NCBI GenBank assembly: GCA_902621305.1
Contig: CACNLM010000002.1
Location: forward strand, 69,812 to 133,811
Reading direction: 5' to 3'
DNA: 64,000 bases
Origin: an uncultured Alphaproteobacteria bacterium
Lineage (GTDB): Bacteria; Pseudomonadota; Alphaproteobacteria; HIMB59; GCA-002718135
The notes below the pieces were generated by a model. It had not been told where the DNA came from. It was given only the letters and a program-made list of their open reading frames with translations, and ran no database searches. Within the stretch, counting starts at the first letter, position 1. Each line of letters opens with the position of its first letter. Below, in pieces: positions 28,240 through 37,960 of the stretch. The position numbers were made by a program, and so were the translations under genes.

Positions 28240-29346
28240 TTATTTTTTTTCAATTACAAATATTTCATTGTTAAAATAAAGGCCTTTATTTTTAGCAACA
28301 ATATTTTGAACTACTTTTTCGTAATTTTTTGTTTTTTCTACCTTAATTACTTTATCATCATCCATTTGATTGACATATATGGAGGCATTCCAAGCAGAAA
28401 AAACTAATGATGTCGCTATACCTCCACTGATTTCTGTTGGTAGAGCTCTCAATTTACATTTAATAATTTTTTTTTCTCCAAAAGATAAACTACTTAATAA
28501 ATCTTTATCTAAATTTTTCTTAAGATAAGAAATGATACTATTTCCAAGAGAAGGAAAAGGGTCCTCTTTTGGCCAAATTTTACGAATTATTTCATTAGCA
28601 GGATCTTTTCCTGAAGCATGAATAGTTAATAATTTCCCTTTTGATTTTAACGCTCGAATCATTGGTTCGATGACATATTTTGATTTCTTTTCTGCTGAAA
28701 TTCTTGAACGATAAGGCTGTGAAGCAATAATAAGATCAAATTTATTATCTGATTTTTTTTTGGTTGGTATTAATTCATTAACATTAAATTCTTGATCTTC
28801 ACGGTAAATAACCATGACTGAAGGCTCCTTATAAGTATGGTTACCTGACTTTTTATTAATTTCTATATTCCATTTTTTTTCTAAAAATTCATTTTGTTTT
28901 CTTAATTGTTGGGCAAATTCAAGAGAGGTGTCACCTTTTAATTTAATAATATTCCAATTAATTTTTTTCTGTTTAACGTCATTTTTTGATTTTAGGTTTG
29001 CGGCTTCAGCGTAGTGTAAATTTGAAATTACAAAAACAGTATTCTTATGCTCAACAAACCTATCGGGTAATTTTTCCAAACCTAATCTTACATCTTCAAT
29101 ACTTATTTCTTTTGTGCAAACTAATAGAGGTACGTTAGGCCTGGCCTCGTGGCACTGACGCATAACATTCATAAGTAAGGAACCATCACCCATACCAGCA
29201 TCAAATATTTTTATACCAGGTTTTTGCGGTTTAATTTTATTTACGTGAGGGCGTATCGCATCAGCAATTTGATTTTTTTCATTTGTTGTTGTGACAAATA
29301 ATAAGTATTTTTGTCTGTTATCATAAAACCTGAAATTTTTTTTCAT
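28240..29346 (-). CDS. putative class I SAM-dependent methyltransferase-like protein, unknown function
   Basis: 'KIFDAGMGDGSL' resembles SAM motif I; later 'FDLIIASQPY' and 'GKLLTIH'. A long insertion separates the motifs. I recognise no specific family. Confidence 0.4.
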   Translation of the reverse strand: MKKNFRFYDNRQKYLLFVTTTNEKNQIADAIRPHVNKIKPQKPGIKIFDAGMGDGSLLMNVMRQCHEARPNVPLLVCTKEISIEDVRLGLEKLPDRFVEHKNTVFVISNLHYAEAANLKSKNDVKQKKINWNIIKLKGDTSLEFAQQLRKQNEFLEKKWNIEINKKSGNHTYKEPSVMVIYREDQEFNVNELIPTKKKSDNKFDLIIASQPYRSRISAEKKSKYVIEPMIRALKSKGKLLTIHASGKDPANEIIRKIWPKEDPFPSLGNSIISYLKKNLDKDLLSSLSFGEKKIIKCKLRALPTEISGGIATSLVFSAWNASIYVNQMDDDKVIKVEKTKNYEKVVQNIVAKNKGLYFNNEIFVIEKK

Positions 29347-29348
29347 TA

Positions 29349-30461
29349 CTAATAAAGTCCCATTGATTTAGCAGAAGAGATGAAGGCTTCTTTATTGCCA
29401 ATAAAGTTTTTACCTCGTTCTCCTAAAAACGCATCATCTACTATATTATTCCATTCTTGAACAGGAACTTTTATTTCATTTAAGTTAAGAGGAACCTCTA
29501 AAGAACGCATAAATTCACTCAGATGATTTGCGGCATTCTCTAGGTTATCGTTAAAAATTAGTTTTAGTCTTTCTTCAGCTACACTATCAATTCCAACCAT
29601 ACTTTTAGTAATCATGGGTAATGTAAATGAGCAAGCAATACCATGTTGAATGCCGTAATTGAGCGTCACAGGGTATGATAGATTGTGCGCAATAGCAGTT
29701 TTTGTATTGGAAAACGCTAAGCCAGCATGAACGCATGCCAGTGCAATGTTTGAACGTAATTCAACGCTTCTTAAATCTTTAGCGAGAAGTGGTAAATTTT
29801 CTAATACTAATTTTGATGCTTGTATTGCATGAGAAGCAGAAATTGGGTTTGCATTAATATTCCAAATACTTTCCATTGAATGAGAGAGAGCATCTAAACC
29901 TGTTGAAATGGTCAAGCCTAAAGGCTTATCAACCATAATTGATGGATCGATAATTGCTTTTTCTGCATAAAGAGATTTATGCGCCAAAGATAATTTATTG
30001 TTTTTTTCTTTATCCCAAATTGTGGCCCAACACGTAAGCTCACTTGATGTTCCTGAAGTTGTAGGTATTGCAATAATCTTGATTGGATTTTCGACTCTTG
30101 GACTTTTCTTATTGCGAACGAAATCTGTTAGATATTCTTGTTTATCTTTAAAAGCAGCAATTGCTTTAGCTGTGTCTGTAACAGAGCCACCACCTATAGC
30201 TAAAATATAATCTACCGATTCATTGATTGAAGAAAATTTTTTTTGTAGCTCTAAAATATCCTTATAATCTGGATTAGGTTGAACATCCGTCATAATGGAT
30301 AGTGGTGGATTTGAAGAAGATTTTAATTCATCGCTATATTTTTTAAAAATTTCTTCTGGATGAGTGATTATGATGTAGTTCTTATTTTTAAGAGCATCAT
30401 GTACTTCTTTAAATCTATTTTCTCCAAAGATAATTTCAACAGGATTAAAATAATTCCACAT
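29349..30461 (-). CDS. iron-containing (group III) alcohol dehydrogenase, phosphonate-cluster associated
   Basis: 'AIGGGSVTDTAK' and the His cluster 'DALSHSMES...HNLSYPV..HG', typical of Fe-ADH. The neighbourhood recalls the phosphonoacetaldehyde reductase-type Fe-ADH clade. Confidence 0.7.
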   Translation of the reverse strand: MWNYFNPVEIIFGENRFKEVHDALKNKNYIIITHPEEIFKKYSDELKSSSNPPLSIMTDVQPNPDYKDILELQKKFSSINESVDYILAIGGGSVTDTAKAIAAFKDKQEYLTDFVRNKKSPRVENPIKIIAIPTTSGTSSELTCWATIWDKEKNNKLSLAHKSLYAEKAIIDPSIMVDKPLGLTISTGLDALSHSMESIWNINANPISASHAIQASKLVLENLPLLAKDLRSVELRSNIALACVHAGLAFSNTKTAIAHNLSYPVTLNYGIQHGIACSFTLPMITKSMVGIDSVAEERLKLIFNDNLENAANHLSEFMRSLEVPLNLNEIKVPVQEWNNIVDDAFLGERGKNFIGNKEAFISSAKSMGLY

Positions 30462-30465
30462 TACA

Positions 30466-31545
30466 TTAAATTGATTTTGCCGCTTTAGTTAAAATTGTCA
30501 TTTTCTCAATTGCTTGTTCTCGAGTAAAGAAACCTAAACCACAATCTGGTGCAGCTATTAAGCGGTGTTCATCAATATGTTCAAGTGAATCTTTGATACG
30601 AACTCTTACTTCTTCAACAGATTCCATTCTGCTTTTTGCAATATCAATAAATCCAAAAATTACTTTTGTTTTAGTAAATTTTTCTAAAAGATTTAAATCA
30701 TTATGCCTATGTGAATCTTCTAAAGATACTTCATCAATAGTTGAATCATCTACAAGTGATGCAATTCTATCATAAGCATCTAAATCAGCCTTTTTATAAC
30801 CTTCTGAATCTAATGAATTAGGATAACCACAACAAATATGGCAAACACGTTGCACTTCTTTAGGTATACCATGCATCATTCTTTCTAAATTTTCCATACC
30901 ATATGAATGAGCTTCATCGGGCTTTCTAGCAAATACTGGTTCATCAATTTGAATATACTGACAACCTGCATCTACAAGTGCTTTAACTTCTTTATTAAGG
31001 GCTAATGCTAAATCAAAACCAAGTTTTTTCATGTCATCATAGTAGTTGTTAGCAATTGAATCTGTTATTGTCATTGGTCCAGGTAGGGTAATTTTAACTG
31101 GATTTTTTGTAAATTGTTGTGCACTCTTCCAGTCTAGATGCATACGTATTTCTTTACTTGAAATCGGTGCAACAATAGTTGGAAGATCAGCTTCGAACGC
31201 GCCTTGTCTTACTGACTTATGTGTAACTTCTTTAAAACTTACTCCATTTAAAAATCGACATTGATATAATACGTAACTCTCACGTCTGACTTCTCCATCT
31301 GTTGGAACATCAATACCCGCATTTACTTGATCAGTTATAACTTCTTTAATTGCTGCTAAAAATAATTTTTCAGCATCTGCACCTGCAGACTCTAATGCTT
31401 TTTCATATGCGCCAGGTGACCAATTTGATAATAATCCTTTTGACGCTTTTCTCTCTTCTTCTGATTTTGTCCCTAAAAACCAATCTTGAATAGGTGTTTG
31501 TTTCGGTTTTGGATAAGCACCTATTGTAGTTGTTTTAAGAGGCAT
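30466..31545 (-). CDS. MetE C-terminal-domain-like Zn-dependent alkyl/methyl-transferase (Meth_synt_2 family)
   Basis: 'TTTIGAYPKP' N-terminus. Zn-ligand pattern 'VCHICCGYP', 'EVSLED', 'IAAPDCGLGF' matches the MetE His/Cys/Glu/Cys set. At 359 aa it is the single-domain form. Confidence 0.7.
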   Translation of the reverse strand: MPLKTTTIGAYPKPKQTPIQDWFLGTKSEEERKASKGLLSNWSPGAYEKALESAGADAEKLFLAAIKEVITDQVNAGIDVPTDGEVRRESYVLYQCRFLNGVSFKEVTHKSVRQGAFEADLPTIVAPISSKEIRMHLDWKSAQQFTKNPVKITLPGPMTITDSIANNYYDDMKKLGFDLALALNKEVKALVDAGCQYIQIDEPVFARKPDEAHSYGMENLERMMHGIPKEVQRVCHICCGYPNSLDSEGYKKADLDAYDRIASLVDDSTIDEVSLEDSHRHNDLNLLEKFTKTKVIFGFIDIAKSRMESVEEVRVRIKDSLEHIDEHRLIAAPDCGLGFFTREQAIEKMTILTKAAKSI

Positions 31546-31577
31546 CTATTTTTACTCCCATTTAAATTTAAAATAAA

Positions 31578-31602
31578 ACAGCGGCTTTTATAAAGCCGCT
31601 GT
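31578..31602 (-). terminator. rho-independent terminator/attenuator after the phosphonate-cluster SBP gene
   Basis: ACAGCGGCTTT / AAAGCCGCTGT 11-bp stem. On the minus strand it is followed by TTTTATTTTAAATTT. Lies 31 nt after the SBP stop and upstream of the MetE-like gene. Confidence 0.75.
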
Positions 31603-31632
31603 AATAAAAAGTTAATAATAAATAATCTCAAA

Positions 31633-32886
31633 TTACATAAGATCGTTTATTTCTTCCATCATTTCTTCTTGGAGATCACCCATATCATCAGCGTCGCCTG
31701 TAGCAATTTCTTCTGTGTAATCATAGATTACCTGCGTAACAGCTAATCCATTTTCTCCAGGATATGCAAACCAATCTGCAAGAAGTGGAAGTTGTTCAAC
31801 TGCAGTAAGTTTATTAGGGTTTTTACTATAGAAATCACCTAATAATTCATTCGCTGCTTTGTTTGGTGGAACATATCCAGTTGTTTCAGCAACTAATGCA
31901 GCACCGATACCTGATGTAATGAACTTTAAGAAAGTCCATGCAGCATCAACTCTTGCTGGATCATCAGATGTAGACACTAACATTGCAGCGTTTCCACCTG
32001 CTGGTAATCTTGCAGGTGTTCCATTGTTAACTCCAGCCATTCCAGGGAATGGTGCAGTCTTTAAAACAAAGTCTGCCTTTGCAGCATTAACTGAACCCAA
32101 GCTTGAAGTAGACCAGAACATCATACCAATTGTACCTGCGTTAAACGCAGCTTGACCATCAGCAATTGAATAGTTTGGCATATTACATCCGCTCATGATT
32201 GCTTTCATTTGCTCTAACGTTGCAAGTCCTGCATCACCACCCATATTTACAGCTCCATCTTTAACCATTGGAACATTCTGAGTGTGCATTAATGCTTGGT
32301 GGAACCAGTTACCTGTGATGTTCCAACCAAAGTATAGAGTTCCTTTACCTGCTGCTTCCAATTTATTACATGCTGCAATAACTTCGTCCCAGTTAGTTGG
32401 AATACTATTTACACCTGCTTCAGCTAATAAATCCATGTTATAATATCCAACTGGCGTTGATACAGAAAATGGTAATCCATAAACTTCACCACCAAATGTT
32501 GAAAGACTTAACATAGCAGAATGGTAACCATCTTTTTCAAAAGCAGCTTCTTTTGCAATAAATGGCTCTAAAGACTTAGCAATACCTTTGTCAACTAGAG
32601 GTGCTTGTCTGTTAAGACCTTGCATTGTTACATCTGGTAAATTACCTGAAGTAGACTCTCTGAAGATTGTTGCAGTTGCATCCTCATAGTTTTCATAAGT
32701 TGCTCTAAATTTAACTTGAATATCTGGATGTGCTTTTTCAAACTCTGGCATAATAGCTTGGAAAGTTACATCGAATAATCCTGAATAAGGATAAGCAACT
32801 TCTATTTCAATAGACTTAGCTGAATTAACAGAACCATAAAAACCAAAAGCTAATACGGCTGCAAATCCTGTAATTAATTTTTTCAT
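31633..32886 (-). CDS. ABC transporter substrate-binding protein (family 1, UgpB-like); candidate aminoethylphosphonate-binding protein by context
   Basis: Signal peptide and a 417-aa family-1 SBP architecture. A strong SD (GGAGGGA) precedes the start. G+C is markedly higher than in neighbours (a hand count of one 60-nt line at 32101 gave about 45%). Confidence 0.7.
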   Translation of the reverse strand: MKKLITGFAAVLAFGFYGSVNSAKSIEIEVAYPYSGLFDVTFQAIMPEFEKAHPDIQVKFRATYENYEDATATIFRESTSGNLPDVTMQGLNRQAPLVDKGIAKSLEPFIAKEAAFEKDGYHSAMLSLSTFGGEVYGLPFSVSTPVGYYNMDLLAEAGVNSIPTNWDEVIAACNKLEAAGKGTLYFGWNITGNWFHQALMHTQNVPMVKDGAVNMGGDAGLATLEQMKAIMSGCNMPNYSIADGQAAFNAGTIGMMFWSTSSLGSVNAAKADFVLKTAPFPGMAGVNNGTPARLPAGGNAAMLVSTSDDPARVDAAWTFLKFITSGIGAALVAETTGYVPPNKAANELLGDFYSKNPNKLTAVEQLPLLADWFAYPGENGLAVTQVIYDYTEEIATGDADDMGDLQEEMMEEINDLM

Positions 32887-33020
32887 TTAATCCCTCCGAT
32901 TCAAATATAGTATTAATCTAACACGTAGCCTCAAAGGGTTACAATTTTATTACGAAAATATTACTAAAATAAGCTTATTTTTCCACAGCATTAAGAAAAA
33001 TTAGAGAAAAACTGGTTTAT

Positions 33021-34463
33021 TTACCAAGGTAGCGAAAAGGTTTTTACATTAGTAAAACTTTTCATTGCTTCAATAACACCCTCTTTGTAACCAAGACCTG
33101 AATCTTTAATTCCTCCAAAAGGAGACATTTCAATTCTATAACCTGGAACCTCCCAAATATTTACCGTACCAACATTTAAACCTTGAATATATTTTTTTGC
33201 TCGCATGAAGTTATTTGTACATACACCAGATGATAATCCGAATGCGGTTGAATTAGATATTTTCATTACAGCTTCATCGTCATTAGGCACACGAATGATT
33301 GGGATAACTGGACCAAATGTTTCTTCTAAAACTAATTCACTTTTAGGATCAACATGATCTACAACTATTGGAGGTAACAAAGCACCCTTTCTTCCAGGGT
33401 GATATAAAATTTTTGCGCCGTCTTCTTCAGCCATAGAAACTCTTTTATCAAAAAGTTCTGCAGCTTGAGCATTAACAACTGTACCTAAGTCTGTTTCCAT
33501 ATTCATAGGATCACCAAATTTAATTTTCTTTGCACGCTCAAGAGCCATTTCAACAAATTGATCTGCAATGGATTCTTGAACCAATATTCTTTTAACAGCT
33601 GTACAACGTTGACCAGAATTTTTCGTTGCTCCCGTAACAGCTAGTTCAACAGCTTTTTTAAGATCATCACCATCTAAGTCATTTAAAACAATTAATGGAT
33701 CATTACCACCAAGCTCAAGAACAGTTCTTTTGTATCCAGCTTGTTCAGCAATTAATTTTCCTACACCCACACTGCCTGTAAAAGTAATTAGATCAATGTT
33801 TGGATTTTTGATCATTTCTGATCCAATGTCTTGAGGCCATCCAGTTACAACTGAAAACATTTCGGGTGGCAGGCCTGCTTCATATAAAACATCGGCGAGT
33901 ACCATTGCTGTTAAAGGTGTTAATTCTGTTTGTTTACATACAGTACAATTATTAGTTGCAATTGAAGGTGCAATTTTATGCGCTACCATATTCAAAGGAT
34001 GATTAAATGGGGTGATTGCTGAGATTGCCGTTAAAGGTTCTCTTATGGTAAATATTTTTCTGGCTTTTCCATGTGGAGTTAAATCACAAGAAAATATTTC
34101 TCCATCATCATGAATACAAAGTTGAGCCGTTAATGAAAATACATCGAAAGCTCTTCCTACTTCGTATAAAGAATCTTGTTTTGAGATACCAAGTTCTAAA
34201 GTAATAATATCAGAAATTTCTTCTTTTCTTTTAACAAGTACTTCTGCAGCAGTTTGAAGAATTTTTTGTCTCTCATATCTTGTAAGTTTAGGTTGGTAAT
34301 TTGCAGCAATATCTAGAGCCTTTCTTGCATGCTCTGCGGTACCGGCTGGAACCGTTCCGATTACTTCACCTGTAAAAGGGTACTCAACATTTATTGTTTT
34401 ATCTGAAGTAACTTTTTCTCCAGCAATACGCATTGCTTCATTAATCATTTTTTTGTGCATCAT
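33021..34463 (-). CDS. phnY: NAD(P)-dependent aldehyde dehydrogenase, phosphonoacetaldehyde dehydrogenase candidate
   Basis: ALDH motifs 'ELGGNDP' and 'NSGQRCTA' (catalytic Cys), plus 'EETFGPV'. Its start overlaps the phnA stop by 4 nt. Confidence 0.75.
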   Translation of the reverse strand: MMHKKMINEAMRIAGEKVTSDKTINVEYPFTGEVIGTVPAGTAEHARKALDIAANYQPKLTRYERQKILQTAAEVLVKRKEEISDIITLELGISKQDSLYEVGRAFDVFSLTAQLCIHDDGEIFSCDLTPHGKARKIFTIREPLTAISAITPFNHPLNMVAHKIAPSIATNNCTVCKQTELTPLTAMVLADVLYEAGLPPEMFSVVTGWPQDIGSEMIKNPNIDLITFTGSVGVGKLIAEQAGYKRTVLELGGNDPLIVLNDLDGDDLKKAVELAVTGATKNSGQRCTAVKRILVQESIADQFVEMALERAKKIKFGDPMNMETDLGTVVNAQAAELFDKRVSMAEEDGAKILYHPGRKGALLPPIVVDHVDPKSELVLEETFGPVIPIIRVPNDDEAVMKISNSTAFGLSSGVCTNNFMRAKKYIQGLNVGTVNIWEVPGYRIEMSPFGGIKDSGLGYKEGVIEAMKSFTNVKTFSLPW

Positions 34464-35701
34464 AGGGCTCCATTTATTGCATAATAAAATGCATCATAGT
34501 TATATAATTGTTTGCTAGTATCTAAGTTTTGTAATTTTAAATTTGATATGAATGGCACTTCTCTTTCATGGAGTCCTCCATGAGAACGTAAAGGTTCATT
34601 TAATCCAGAAAGATTGTGTTTATCTTCCGATGAACCAATAGTCATAAATTCTGAAGACATACATATAATATCTCCCATTCTATCAGGAGGTAAATTGTAA
34701 GTAGAACATCCTTCATCTTTTGTTAAAACAACTTCTATATCTTTTATTTCTTTAATAGCATTTACAACTGAATCTACCTTGCTCTTGTCTTCTAAATAAA
34801 TTGTTGCAAAAGAACCAAGTGAACCATGATGAACAACATATGGATCTGTAATTGGTAGGATGACTTTAGCCATGTTTGGTTCAAATTTTTTATCTAAATA
34901 ATCTTGTAAAAATATTGCATTAGGTGAACCATCTTCTTTTGATTTTGGTTTCATTCCGTGATCTGCTGTGATGATTATAGAAACATTCTCCTTATTTAAA
35001 AGTCCAATATATTTATCAAACATTGCATAAAATTTATTTGCTGTTTCATTTCCCGGTGCATATTTGTGTTGAATATAATCCGTAGTCGATAAATACATAA
35101 TATTTGGTTTAAACTCCTCAAGAAGTTTTACACCTGCAGCCATTACAAATTCAGAAAGTCCTTCAGAATATACTTCTGGCACTGGCATCCCCAACCAATC
35201 GTTTACATTATCTATACCATTGAGATCTTTTGTTGCTTGATCAGATTTTTCAGCAGAAAAACAAATAGCTCTCTCATCATCAAAACTTAATCCGTTTCCT
35301 AAAAGTGTTCTCAACTTGTCTTTTGCAGTAACAAGAGCAATTTTAGAACCAGAATTGTAAAATTTTTCAAAAATAGTTGGTGCTCGCATATATTTTGGGT
35401 CATTCATCATTACTTCTTCACCCGTCTCAGGTGTATAAAAGAAGTTTCCGCATATACCGTGTACAGAACTTGGTTGGCCTGTTACAATCGAAATGTTATT
35501 TGGATTTGTAAAACTTGGAATAGCGCTGTGAACAAGTAGGTTTTCACCACTTGCAATTAATTTATCAAGATTTGGTGTAAGATTAGATTTTGATGCTTCT
35601 TCGAGATACTCTTTTTGACTACCATCAAGGCATATAACAATAGCAGTTTTTGAGAAAGAGCTTGGATATTCTCTTTTATTAATTTCTAAATTATCGGACA
35701 C
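34460..35701 (-). CDS. phnA: phosphonoacetate hydrolase
   Basis: Long colinear matches to the remembered Pseudomonas PhnA: 'IVICLDG', '[28 protein letters not shown]', 'VTAKDKLR', '[15 protein letters not shown]', 'ITADHGM', '[16 protein letters not shown]', 'PLRSHGG'. Confidence 0.88.
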   Translation of the reverse strand: MSDNLEINKREYPSSFSKTAIVICLDGSQKEYLEEASKSNLTPNLDKLIASGENLLVHSAIPSFTNPNNISIVTGQPSSVHGICGNFFYTPETGEEVMMNDPKYMRAPTIFEKFYNSGSKIALVTAKDKLRTLLGNGLSFDDERAICFSAEKSDQATKDLNGIDNVNDWLGMPVPEVYSEGLSEFVMAAGVKLLEEFKPNIMYLSTTDYIQHKYAPGNETANKFYAMFDKYIGLLNKENVSIIITADHGMKPKSKEDGSPNAIFLQDYLDKKFEPNMAKVILPITDPYVVHHGSLGSFATIYLEDKSKVDSVVNAIKEIKDIEVVLTKDEGCSTYNLPPDRMGDIICMSSEFMTIGSSEDKHNLSGLNEPLRSHGGLHEREVPFISNLKLQNLDTSKQLYNYDAFYYAINGAL

Positions 35702-35877
35702 GAATTCAACTAATATATATTATTAAAAATACGAATTTATAGTTATCTGCTAGTTAAACTCAATCATAATTTGAATATTTGTTAATAAAATTGAAATAAA
35801 ACTGAAATAAATAGATTTAAAATATTCTCAAATTTAATAAAATTTTGTAGATTAAAGTTAAGATACAGGGGGAATGA

Positions 35878-37011
35878 GTGGGGACAATATCACTTAAAAA
35901 TATTTCAAAGTCATTTGGGTCTACACAAGTACTTAATAATTTGAATGTTGATATAAACGATGGAGAATTCTTAACGTTAGTTGGTCCATCTGGTTGTGGT
36001 AAATCTACATTACTTAGAATAATTGCAGGATTGGAACAGCAGACTTCAGGTGATGTATTAATAGATAATAAAAATGTAAATAGAGTTAGAGCCAGTGAAA
36101 GAGATTTGGCAATGGTCTTCCAATCATATGCTCTTTATCCTCATCTCACAGTAAGAAGAAATTTAGAAACTCCATTAAGACTTAGAGATTATAATGGATT
36201 TGAAAGACTACCCTTGATTGGTAATTTTTCTCCAAGCAAAAAAGAGAAAACAGAATCTATTAATCAATTAGTAAATAAAACTTCTGAAACTCTAAAAATT
36301 TCAGAACTATTAGATAGAAAACCAGGACAATTGTCAGGTGGTCAAAGACAAAGAGTTGCTCTTGGTCGTGCCATGGTTAGGGAGCCTGTTGCCTTTTTAA
36401 TGGATGAACCTCTTTCAAATTTAGATGCGGCTCTGAGAGTTCACATGCGATCTGAATTATCTGAACTTCATAATTCACTTAAAACTACTTTTGTGTACGT
36501 AACACATGATCAAGCAGAAGCGTTAACTATGTCTTCTAGAATGGCTGTGATGATTGATGGAAATTTATTACAACTAGATACACCTCAAGAAGTATATGAC
36601 AATCCTTCCTCATTAAGTGTAGCTCAATTTGTTGGAAGTCCAAAAATAAATATATTTAAAGGAACTGCGGACTCTAGTGGGACGATAAGTTTTCTCAACG
36701 TTAATCTAAAAAGAAAAAGTTCTGAAAGTAATACAGATTTACATATTGGTATTCGACCAGAACATTTAGAAATTACAAATGAAAGAAATGAAAATACATT
36801 TAGTGGAACAGTTGCATATAGAGAAAATTTAGGTTCAGATATTTTCTTTCATGTAAATATTGAAGACGGTTCAAATAAAATAATTGTAAGAGGCTTACCA
36901 CAATTTACACACCAAATTTCAAATGGTTCTAGTGTAAATATAAAAAGAGTTTCAGATAAAGCATTACTATTTAATCAAGCAGGAATGAGGGTTCAATTTA
37001 CTAATGCATAA
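35878..37011 (+). CDS. ABC transporter ATP-binding protein (MalK/UgpC-like, with C-terminal regulatory domain)
   Basis: Walker A 'GPSGCGKST', 'LSGGQRQR', 'LMDEPLSNLD'. GTG start is preceded by AGGGGGA. Confidence 0.85.
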   Translation: MGTISLKNISKSFGSTQVLNNLNVDINDGEFLTLVGPSGCGKSTLLRIIAGLEQQTSGDVLIDNKNVNRVRASERDLAMVFQSYALYPHLTVRRNLETPLRLRDYNGFERLPLIGNFSPSKKEKTESINQLVNKTSETLKISELLDRKPGQLSGGQRQRVALGRAMVREPVAFLMDEPLSNLDAALRVHMRSELSELHNSLKTTFVYVTHDQAEALTMSSRMAVMIDGNLLQLDTPQEVYDNPSSLSVAQFVGSPKINIFKGTADSSGTISFLNVNLKRKSSESNTDLHIGIRPEHLEITNERNENTFSGTVAYRENLGSDIFFHVNIEDGSNKIIVRGLPQFTHQISNGSSVNIKRVSDKALLFNQAGMRVQFTNA

Positions 37012-37960
37012 TTCAAAAGCTCACATATGGTTTATTGCACCAGCAATCATACTGATGATAATTATTTTAATTTTTCCTCTTTTTCTTGCAGGAGGAATTT
37101 CTTTTACTGACTATAATTTAGGAAACAAAACATTCGAGTGGGTTGGACTAGAAAATTATGACAAGATGTTCAATCGAAAAACATATGTCAAAATGATTTG
37201 GGCCACAGCGACGTATGTTATTGTTGTTGTTCCAATTTCTGTTGTACTTGGATTATGTGCTGCTATGCTCTTAAATTCACTAAGGTTTGGCGCTGATATA
37301 TATAAAACAATTTTCTTTCTTCCAGTTATGGCAACTCTTCTTGCAATGGCAATTGCATGGGAATTTACTCTTCATCCAACATTAGGAATTGTAAATAGTT
37401 TTTTAGCAAATGGGTGTGGAGGAGTTAGGGAATTCATTCTTGGTTTTCATTGGTTGCCATGGGTAGACTCACAAGAAAGCTGGTACGCTGTAGCATGTGC
37501 AAACAACATGGATTTTCCTTATTGGTTAAAACAAAAAAATACTGCGATTTGGACAGTATGTTTCATAGGAATTTGGCAGGCTTTTGGTTTTAACATGGTT
37601 TTATATTTAGCTGGTTTAACAAGCATACCAAGAGAGTTATACCAAGCTGCAGAAATGGATGGGGCTAAATCTACTTGGGAACAATTTAAGCTTGTTACAT
37701 GGCCAATGCTTGGTCCAACAACGTTGTTTGTTGTCACTATTACTACCATTAGAACGTTTCAAGTATTTGATACCATCGAAATACTCACCAAGGGTGGTCC
37801 ATCAAAAACAACGTATGTCATGATGTATGCAATCTTTGAAAAAGCTATTCAACAAAACTTAACAAGTATCGGTGCAGCAATCACTGTTGTCTTTATTGGA
37901 TTTATTCTTGTGTTAACGTTTTTCCAAAGATATGTCATTGAGAAGAGGGTTCATTATTAA
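37004..37960 (+). CDS. ABC transporter permease (binding-protein-dependent family)
   Basis: Six TM segments and the EAA loop 'LYQAAEMDGAKSTWEQF'. Overlaps the ATPase gene by 8 nt. Confidence 0.8.
   Translation: MHNSKAHIWFIAPAIILMIIILIFPLFLAGGISFTDYNLGNKTFEWVGLENYDKMFNRKTYVKMIWATATYVIVVVPISVVLGLCAAMLLNSLRFGADIYKTIFFLPVMATLLAMAIAWEFTLHPTLGIVNSFLANGCGGVREFILGFHWLPWVDSQESWYAVACANNMDFPYWLKQKNTAIWTVCFIGIWQAFGFNMVLYLAGLTSIPRELYQAAEMDGAKSTWEQFKLVTWPMLGPTTLFVVTITTIRTFQVFDTIEILTKGGPSKTTYVMMYAIFEKAIQQNLTSIGAAITVVFIGFILVLTFFQRYVIEKRVHY

Noticed and set aside
29349-30461. Possibility that the Fe-ADH marks a phosphonate (methylphosphonate/HEP) biosynthetic cluster
   Set aside because: No PEP mutase, phosphonopyruvate decarboxylase, MpnS/HEPD-like dioxygenase or nucleotidyltransferase is present. 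The neighbours are catabolic (phnW, phnA, ALDH, importer).
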